Shown: one piece after another, positions 57,807 to 64,000 of the stretch
Position numbering within the stretch: position 1 is the stretch's first letter
Layout of the letters: each line of letters begins with the position of its first letter
Program-made: the position numbers and the translations under genes
The notes under the pieces: model-generated
Told to the model about the DNA's origin: nothing
Seen by the model: the letters and a program-made list of their open reading frames with translations, nothing else
Database searches by the model: none
Assembly (NCBI GenBank): GCA_934130045.1
Contig: CAKOXI010000003.1
Location: 11,103-75,102, forward strand
DNA from: an uncultured Bacilli bacterium
GTDB taxonomy: Bacteria > Bacillota_I > Bacilli_A > RF39 > UBA660
Length of the DNA stretch: 64,000 bases
Direction of reading: 5' to 3'

Positions 57807-59134
57807 TGGCTAAAAAGAAGTTTGTTGAAGAATTTGATATTCAAATTGAACAACCAGATTTAAAATATGTAAGTGATTATGATACATTTACTAATAAGGC
57901 ATTATTAGATGAGCTTAGAAATAAAATTATTCAAAATTTGATTGATAATAATTTTAAAAATAATGGAACAATGGATGAATATGTAAAAACACAAATTGAT
58001 AAAACAATTGCGGGTTATGATTTGTCCAATGTTGAAAGAAGTTATATATATAATTTAATTGATAATGAAATAAATGGTTATGGCCCAATTTCTGAACTTT
58101 TAGATGATAAAAGTATTACAGAAATTATGGTTAATGGTATTAATGATATTTATATTGAAATAGATGGTAAAGTAATTAAGGATGAAAGTGTATCATTCAT
58201 AAATGAGGATCATATAATTAGAACTGTTCAAAGAATGATTCAACCACTTGGAAGAACTATTGATACATCAAATCCTATGGTTGATGCAAGACTTGCTGAT
58301 GGATCAAGATTAAATGCGGTAATACCACCTTTATCATTAAATGGACCTATTTTAACAATTAGAAAATTTAAAGATGAACTTGCAAATATTGATGATTTTT
58401 TAAGAAGTGGGGCTTTGACTCCTTATATGGCTAGGTTTTTGGAGGCTTGTGTACAGGCTAAATTAAATATAATTATAAGTGGAGGAACTGGAAGCGGAAA
58501 AACGACTCTTTTAAATGTATTATCTTCCTTTATTAATCATAATGAAAGAATTATAACAATTGAAGATGCAGCAGAGTTAAAATTAAAACAACGACACGTA
58601 ATTTCTCTAGAAACTCGTCTTGTTAATTATGAAGGTCAAGGAGAGGTAACAATTCGTGATTTAGTTATAAATTCACTTCGTATGCGTCCTGATAGAATAA
58701 TTGTAGGTGAAGTTCGTGGTAAAGAAGCTTTCGATATGCTTCAAGCTATGAATACTGGACATAGTGGTAGTTTAACTACAATGCATGCTAACTCACCTGT
58801 TGATGCCTTAAATCGTTTGGAAACTATGATTTTGATGGCTGGTATGGATATTCCAATTAAAGCTTTAAGAGAGTATATTGAAAATGCTATTGACATTGTT
58901 GTTCATATCGAAAGATTGAATGATGGAAGAAGAAAAATAACTAGTATTTGTGAAATAGATGGATTTGATGATGATACTATAAAATTAAAAGAAATATTTG
59001 AATTTAAAAAGAATGGTATGCTAAATAATGATTGTGTTGATGGAGAATTTATCAGACATGATTATATTCCTAAAGTTTATCATGAATTAGTATCTAAGGG
59101 AATTGATACATTAAAAGATATTTTTGAGGCTTAA
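57806..59134 (+). CDS. tadA: CpaF/TadA secretion ATPase
   Basis: Walker A is ISGGTGSGKTTLLN. The Asp box/Walker B ITIEDAAEL and the His box GHSGSLTTMHAN are present. Confidence 0.9.
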   Translation: MAKKKFVEEFDIQIEQPDLKYVSDYDTFTNKALLDELRNKIIQNLIDNNFKNNGTMDEYVKTQIDKTIAGYDLSNVERSYIYNLIDNEINGYGPISELLDDKSITEIMVNGINDIYIEIDGKVIKDESVSFINEDHIIRTVQRMIQPLGRTIDTSNPMVDARLADGSRLNAVIPPLSLNGPILTIRKFKDELANIDDFLRSGALTPYMARFLEACVQAKLNIIISGGTGSGKTTLLNVLSSFINHNERIITIEDAAELKLKQRHVISLETRLVNYEGQGEVTIRDLVINSLRMRPDRIIVGEVRGKEAFDMLQAMNTGHSGSLTTMHANSPVDALNRLETMILMAGMDIPIKALREYIENAIDIVVHIERLNDGRRKITSICEIDGFDDDTIKLKEIFEFKKNGMLNNDCVDGEFIRHDYIPKVYHELVSKGIDTLKDIFEA

Positions 59135-59136
59135 TT

Positions 59137-60699
59137 ATGAATGAAGAAAATGTAAGTGGATTAAGTATCTATTCTGTGTTAAATCCAACAAAAGATGATA
59201 TAGAAATTATATTTACTCCAAACGAAGATGTAGTAAGCTATAGTTATAGAATCTTTAAAAATCAGGGAGATAATTTAAAGGTAAATAATAATATTGTCTT
59301 ACCAACTATGATATATCGTGATTATACTACTATTAATGAAAATATAAGAACTACAATATCCTTAGATTTAACAGGAGTTTATAAATTAGAAATTGTAACT
59401 ACTGATATTAATGGTAATAAAAATGTCATTAATAGTGGGTTATATATTATTGATAAAGAAGCACCTAAAATTAATTTATCTATTGGTAATAAAATTGATT
59501 ATACAATTGGTGAATATTATAGTGTTTTTGATGGTTTAAGTATAACTGATAATTATTCTGGAAATATTACTAATCAAGTATCAACTAATATTAATGATAT
59601 TAATTTAAAAAAAGCAGGCATTAAAAAGCTTACTTATACTATTAGTGATGAAGCTGGGAATGTAGCAAATAAAACGGTAATTATAAATGTTACAAATAAT
59701 TATTCAAGTATGCTTCATACATCACAAATTATTATTTTAATATGTTTAATACCAATTATGATATTTGCTCTTATTTATAATAAAGCAATGAAATTAGAAA
59801 AACGTATTTCTAAATATAGTATAGAACCAATAAAAAAATATACTTCATCGTTGTTTGATAGATTTTTAAATATTTATTTAAAAATCATTGATTATATCAA
59901 AAAAATTATTTCTAAATCAGTTTTTATCACAAAGCATAGTAAAAAATTTGATAGGTATGTAGGAATTGTAGATAATATTCATAAAGATAGTATGGAACTT
60001 ATCGCATCAAAAATATTAGTCGCTTTTGTTACTTTATTTTTAGCTATCATTATTAAAACATTAAGGTTAAAAATTTTAGCTTTTGAGGAGTTTTTTATTC
60101 CTTTCACTTTAGGATATTTATCATTAAATATTTATTATATTTTAAAATATAAATATTATAGATCATGTTTAGAAAATGATTTGCTTCAAGCTATTATTGT
60201 AATGAATAATGCTTTTAAATCAGGTAGAAGTATAACTCAAGCTATTGAATTAGTAACTAAAGAACTTGATGGTCCAATTGCCAAAGAATTTAATTTAATG
60301 CATATGCAATTACAATTTGGTATATCTATAGATAGGGCATTTACAAATTTTTCTGAAAGGATAAAAATAGAAGAAGTCAATTATTTAACCGCATCGCTTT
60401 CTATATTAAATAAAACTGGTGGTAATATTATAAAAGTATTTTCATCGATTGAAAAAACCTTATTTAATAAGAAAAAGTTGAAATTAGAATTAAAATCATT
60501 AACAGGAAGTTCTAGAATTATAATGTATTTGTTGTGTTTTTTACCAGTATTTTTAATTTTAGTAATTAATTTTGTAAGTCCTTCTTATTTTTCAGTTTTA
60601 TATACAAATCCAATAGGTATATGTTTAATGTTTTTAATATTAATTATATATGTATCTTATATAATAGTTATCAGAAAAATAATGAAAGTAAGGATGTGA
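59137..60699 (+). CDS. tadB: TadB-type platform protein (T2SSF domain) fused to about 190 aa of N-terminal Ig-like (DUF5011-type) domains
   Basis: Residues of about 105-185, APKINLSIGNKIDYTIGEYYSVFDGLSITDNYSGNITNQV...LTYTISDEAGNVANKTVIINV, match the DUF5011/Ig pattern. A TM segment and the T2SSF block LLQAIIVMNNAFKSGRSITQAIELV follow. Confidence 0.75.
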   Translation: MNEENVSGLSIYSVLNPTKDDIEIIFTPNEDVVSYSYRIFKNQGDNLKVNNNIVLPTMIYRDYTTINENIRTTISLDLTGVYKLEIVTTDINGNKNVINSGLYIIDKEAPKINLSIGNKIDYTIGEYYSVFDGLSITDNYSGNITNQVSTNINDINLKKAGIKKLTYTISDEAGNVANKTVIINVTNNYSSMLHTSQIIILICLIPIMIFALIYNKAMKLEKRISKYSIEPIKKYTSSLFDRFLNIYLKIIDYIKKIISKSVFITKHSKKFDRYVGIVDNIHKDSMELIASKILVAFVTLFLAIIIKTLRLKILAFEEFFIPFTLGYLSLNIYYILKYKYYRSCLENDLLQAIIVMNNAFKSGRSITQAIELVTKELDGPIAKEFNLMHMQLQFGISIDRAFTNFSERIKIEEVNYLTASLSILNKTGGNIIKVFSSIEKTLFNKKKLKLELKSLTGSSRIIMYLLCFLPVFLILVINFVSPSYFSVLYTNPIGICLMFLILIIYVSYIIVIRKIMKVRM

Positions 60700-60703
60700 T
60701 GAT

Positions 60704-61408
60704 ATGAAAAAAAATAATAGTGCTCTTACAAGCAAACTTTATAGGGAAAAAACTTTAAATAAAATTGATATAAAAAATACAATGCTTGGTAAAAATGCTA
60801 AATTTGATTCAATCACATTTATGAATTTACGTGTTATTACATCCATTATTTTATTTATATTACTTATTTATACAGGAAATTTAAGTTTTATTTATACTCC
60901 TTTTATAGTTGCCGTTTATTATTATTTGTTTGAATATTTTATCCTTGATAGACCACTTAAACAACGTGAAAAAAAATTAGATTATGAAGCTTTAAATTTT
61001 TTTGAAATTCTTACATTAACAATTGAATCTGGAAGGGATTTAGAAAGTGCGATTGAAATAACTTGTTTTAATACAAAGTCAGAATTAAGTGATGAATTTA
61101 AAAAAACATTATTTGAAATGAAATTTGGAAAATCTTTAATGGAAGCTTTAGAAGATATGAAAAAAAGAATTCCTTCTGAGAATATAAATAATATAATTTT
61201 AAATATTGTTCAAACTAATATTTTTGGTAATAGTATATTAGATACAATGTATAATCAAGTAGAATTTTTACGCGATAAACAAATATTAGCGATAAAAGAA
61301 AAAATAAATAAAATTCCAAATAAAGTAAGTATTGTTTCAGTTATATTTATTGTTCCTCTTATATTACTTTTATTACTTGGACCATTTATTATTAATTTTT
61401 TGAATTAA
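60704..61408 (+). CDS. tadC: TadC-type platform protein (T2SSF domain)
   Basis: FFEILTLTIESGRDLESAIEI and terminal TM segments are present. 234 aa. Confidence 0.8.
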   Translation: MKKNNSALTSKLYREKTLNKIDIKNTMLGKNAKFDSITFMNLRVITSIILFILLIYTGNLSFIYTPFIVAVYYYLFEYFILDRPLKQREKKLDYEALNFFEILTLTIESGRDLESAIEITCFNTKSELSDEFKKTLFEMKFGKSLMEALEDMKKRIPSENINNIILNIVQTNIFGNSILDTMYNQVEFLRDKQILAIKEKINKIPNKVSIVSVIFIVPLILLLLLGPFIINFLN

Positions 61409-61417
61409 CAAATGAGT

Positions 61418-61449
61418 AAATCAGTTTTATACTGATTTTTTTTTTTTTT
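61418..61449 (+). terminator. Rho-independent terminator after tadC
   Basis: AAATCAGT-TTTAT-ACTGATTT is followed by a run of more than 10 T. Confidence 0.75.
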
Positions 61450-61457
61450 GAAATTTA

Positions 61458-61487
61458 TTGACAGGGATACCCCCTATACCCTATAAT
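61458..61487 (+). promoter_or_regulatory. Sigma-A promoter of the cop operon with a CsoR-type G/C-tract operator in the spacer
   Basis: TTGACA (61458-61463), the 18-nt spacer GGGATACCCCCTATACCC, then TATAAT (61482-61487). The bottom strand reads GGGTATAGGGGGTATCCC, containing the GGGGGTAT-type core. Confidence 0.6.
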
Positions 61488-61504
61488 GTGTGTAGGTGAT
61501 AAAA

Positions 61505-61804
61505 ATGAAAACAAAATGTGAAAATTGTCTTAGAACAAAACATAGAACCGAAGCAGAAAAGAAAAACTTAAAAAGGAGACTTAAAATTATAGCTGGTCAA
61601 ATAAACGGTATTGAGCAAATGATTGATACTGATAGATACTGTGATGATGTATTACTTCAAATTGCGTCAGCAACCAATGCCTTAAAAAGTTTAGGTAATG
61701 AAATTTTAAAAGGTCATATGAAATCTTGTATGATTGAAGACATTGAAAGAGGTAATTTAGAAGTTATTGACGATGTATTTGATTTATTTGGAAAATTAAA
61801 ATGA
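61505..61804 (+). CDS. csoR: CsoR-family copper-sensing transcriptional repressor
   Basis: KKNLKRRLKIIAGQINGIEQMIDTDRYCDDVLLQIASATNALKSLGNEILKGHMKSC carries the C-H-C metal ligands. Confidence 0.85.
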   Translation: MKTKCENCLRTKHRTEAEKKNLKRRLKIIAGQINGIEQMIDTDRYCDDVLLQIASATNALKSLGNEILKGHMKSCMIEDIERGNLEVIDDVFDLFGKLK

Positions 61805-63081
61805 AAAATATTTATGTAAAAATAGACGGTATGCATTGTACACATTGTGAGGATACTATTAGAGGATCTTTATTAAAAATTAGCAATATAAAAAATGTTG
61901 AATTTGATAGTTTTATTGCATGTATTACATATACTGGTAATTTAGATAAAGAAGAAATTAAGAAAAGTATTATTAATTGTGGTTATATAACAAAAAATGA
62001 ATATATAAGTAATGACTTAAAATCATTAAAAGACAACATTAAATTAAAAGAATTTTTATTAATATTTTTAATTATTATATTATTTATTTTTTTAACATAT
62101 AAAATATTTGGTTTTAACGTATTTAATGTAATACCAAATATAGATAGTAATATAACTTATGGAATGTTATTTATAACAGGATTACTTACAAGTATTCATT
62201 GTATATCAATGTGTGGCGCAATTAATTTATTAGCAATAATTAATAATAATTCTAAAATCAATTTAAAAAGACCGATTTTTTATAATTTAGGAAGATTAAT
62301 ATCTTATACATTTATAGGTGGAATAGTAGGTTTCATTGGTAGTGTTTTTAAAGTTAATAATTATATATCTGGAACCTTAATCGTAATAGCGTCAATAGTA
62401 ATGTTTTTAATGTCTTTAAATATGCTTGGAATATTAAAATTAAAACAATTAAAAATTTTTAAATATAAATTTAATTCTAAAAACTCATTTTTAATAGGCA
62501 TTTTTAATGGGTTAATGCCTTGTGGACCATTACAAGCAATGCAAGTTTATGCGCTTTCAACAGGTTCATTTATCAAAGGTGCTTTATCAATGTTTCTATT
62601 TGGGCTTGGAACTATACCATTAATGTTATTTACAGGTATTTTTATTAATTTAGTAAAAGCAAAGAAAAAAATTATAATAAATAAAGTTGCGTCTATTTTA
62701 ATATTGATACTTTCCCTTATGATGCTAAATCGTGGCTTACTTTCACTAAATATCGATGTTTTAAAAATATTTAATAATTATGATAACTTTATAGTTGCAA
62801 CAATAAAGAATGGTTATCAAGTTATTGAAATTGATTTAAGTTATGATAATTATGAAAATATTATTGTAAAAAAAGATATTCCCGTAAAAATGATTATTAA
62901 TGTTAGTGAAAAATATTTAACAGGGTGCAATAACGAAATTATAATAAATGAATATGGAATAAAAAAAGAGTTAGAGGTAGGAGAAAACATAATAGAATTT
63001 ACACCAACAAAAAAAGGTAATATTACCTATACTTGTTGGATGAATATGATAAAAAATACAATTAAAGTAATAGACAATTAA
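61801..63081 (+). CDS. Fusion protein: N-terminal HMA domain, polytopic TauE/DsbD_2-like membrane domain, C-terminal cupredoxin-like domain
   Basis: IDGMHCTHCEDTI is the HMA CxxC motif. TM segments with SIHCISMCGA and GLMPCGPLQ follow, and the C-terminal beta domain ends NITYTCWMNMIKNTIKV. Confidence 0.65.
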   Translation: MKNIYVKIDGMHCTHCEDTIRGSLLKISNIKNVEFDSFIACITYTGNLDKEEIKKSIINCGYITKNEYISNDLKSLKDNIKLKEFLLIFLIIILFIFLTYKIFGFNVFNVIPNIDSNITYGMLFITGLLTSIHCISMCGAINLLAIINNNSKINLKRPIFYNLGRLISYTFIGGIVGFIGSVFKVNNYISGTLIVIASIVMFLMSLNMLGILKLKQLKIFKYKFNSKNSFLIGIFNGLMPCGPLQAMQVYALSTGSFIKGALSMFLFGLGTIPLMLFTGIFINLVKAKKKIIINKVASILILILSLMMLNRGLLSLNIDVLKIFNNYDNFIVATIKNGYQVIEIDLSYDNYENIIVKKDIPVKMIINVSEKYLTGCNNEIIINEYGIKKELEVGENIIEFTPTKKGNITYTCWMNMIKNTIKVIDN

Positions 63082-63100
63082 TGTATAAAGGAGAATAATT

Positions 63101-64000
63101 ATGCAAAAGGTAATTTTAAATATAGGTGGTATGAGTTGTAGTGCTTGTTCAAATGGTTTAGAAAAATATTTGAATAAACAAAGTGGAATAATAAGTGCTA
63201 GTGTTAACTTAGTTTTAGGACAAGCCTTAATTGAATATGAAGATAATTTAACACTAGATGATTTAAGTAAATTTATTAGTGATGCTGGGTATGAAAATTT
63301 AGGAATGTATGATGAGACAAAACAAAACAAAAAGAAAAACAATATAAAATTGTTAGTAGTATTTGGAATTTTATCAGTTTTCGTTTTATATATATCGATG
63401 TCTCATATGTTGTATTTACCTACAATACCTTTTCTAAATATGAAGAAATATCCGATTAACTATTCTATATGTTTATTAATATTATCTATTCCGTATTTGA
63501 TTTATGGTTTTGATATATTAAAAAATGGTTATAAAAATTTAATTCATAAAATGCCTAATATGGATACACTAGTATCTATTGGTGTTATATCTAGTTTTAT
63601 CTATAGTTTATTTGGAACAATAATGATTTTTTGTGGTAAGAGTGAATATGTAGAAAATTTATATTTTGAATCAGCTTGTATCGTAATATATTTTATTAAA
63701 TTAGGTAGATTTATTGATTCAAGAAGTAAGGAGAAAACAAAAGAAGCTATTAGTGATTTAGTTCAAATAACACCTACAAAAGCAATTTTAAAATTAGAAA
63801 ATGGTTATAAGGAAGTAACCATTGATGAAATAAAAAAGGGGGATATTTTAATTTGTAAACCAGGAATGAAAATTGCGGTTGATGGTATTATTACAAGTGG
63901 TTTTTCTCATATTGATGAATCATTTATTACGGGAGAATCAACTCCTATAAAAAAGACTGTTTCAAAAAGTGTAGTAGCAGGAAGTTTAAATTTAGATGGA
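63101..64000 (+). CDS. copA: Copper-translocating P1B-type ATPase, 3'-truncated by the window end
   Basis: It is not in the ORF track because it is open at the window end. MQKVILNIGGMSCSACSNGLEKYL is the HMA domain, TM helices follow, and the actuator block ITGESTPIKK is present. The ATG at 63101 follows AAGGAG. Confidence 0.85.
   Translation, partial: MQKVILNIGGMSCSACSNGLEKYLNKQSGIISASVNLVLGQALIEYEDNLTLDDLSKFISDAGYENLGMYDETKQNKKKNNIKLLVVFGILSVFVLYISMSHMLYLPTIPFLNMKKYPINYSICLLILSIPYLIYGFDILKNGYKNLIHKMPNMDTLVSIGVISSFIYSLFGTIMIFCGKSEYVENLYFESACIVIYFIKLGRFIDSRSKEKTKEAISDLVQITPTKAILKLENGYKEVTIDEIKKGDILICKPGMKIAVDGIITSGFSHIDESFITGESTPIKKTVSKSVVAGSLNLDG

Overview
This is a very AT-rich, standard-code chromosomal segment from a Bacillota (Firmicutes) organism with a peptidoglycan wall and sporulation-type genes (sigG, ylmC/ymxH, a SirA-like gene, DUF1540). 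From the protein sequences it looks Erysipelotrichia- or Clostridia-like, but I cannot verify taxonomy. Most of the window is core housekeeping. It holds parC, a perR-like/rubrerythrin pair, one tRNA-Met, trpS, an RNase J paralog, and the B. subtilis-like neighbourhood lexA / small membrane ORF / tkt / sirA-like / yneF. It also holds tgt, cls, sigG, murG-murB, the str operon (rpsL-rpsG-fusA-tuf), pyrH, a FemAB-family transferase, topA, pdp and rpoZ. The 3' end carries a complete Tad/Flp type IVb pilus locus followed by a csoR-copA copper operon, which is cut by the window end. I saw no rRNA, CRISPR array, transposase, integrase or recognisable defence system. The loci most worth follow-up are listed here. 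(1) A SigE/SigK-type sigma factor with no pro-sequence sits as its own transcription unit inside the Tad locus, and the TadB there carries about 190 aa of N-terminal Ig-like domains. (2) An orphan three-gene radical-activase module (DUF2229-like + HgdD-like + BcrAD/BadFG ATPase) has no CoA-metabolism neighbours. (3) A cluster encodes a degenerate exonuclease-like protein, two atypical kinase-fold proteins and a catalytically dead Nudix/winged-helix (NrtR-like) regulator. (4) A 48-aa membrane ORF lies divergent from lexA with a Cheo/SOS box inside its promoter, making it a candidate SOS division inhibitor. (5) Several exact palindromic Fur-family operators are present. (6) Ribosomal protein S12 carries Ile at a near-invariant Pro. 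All coordinates, motifs and palindromes were read by eye from the sequence and ORF track. Family assignments rest on remembered motifs and need HMM/BLAST confirmation.
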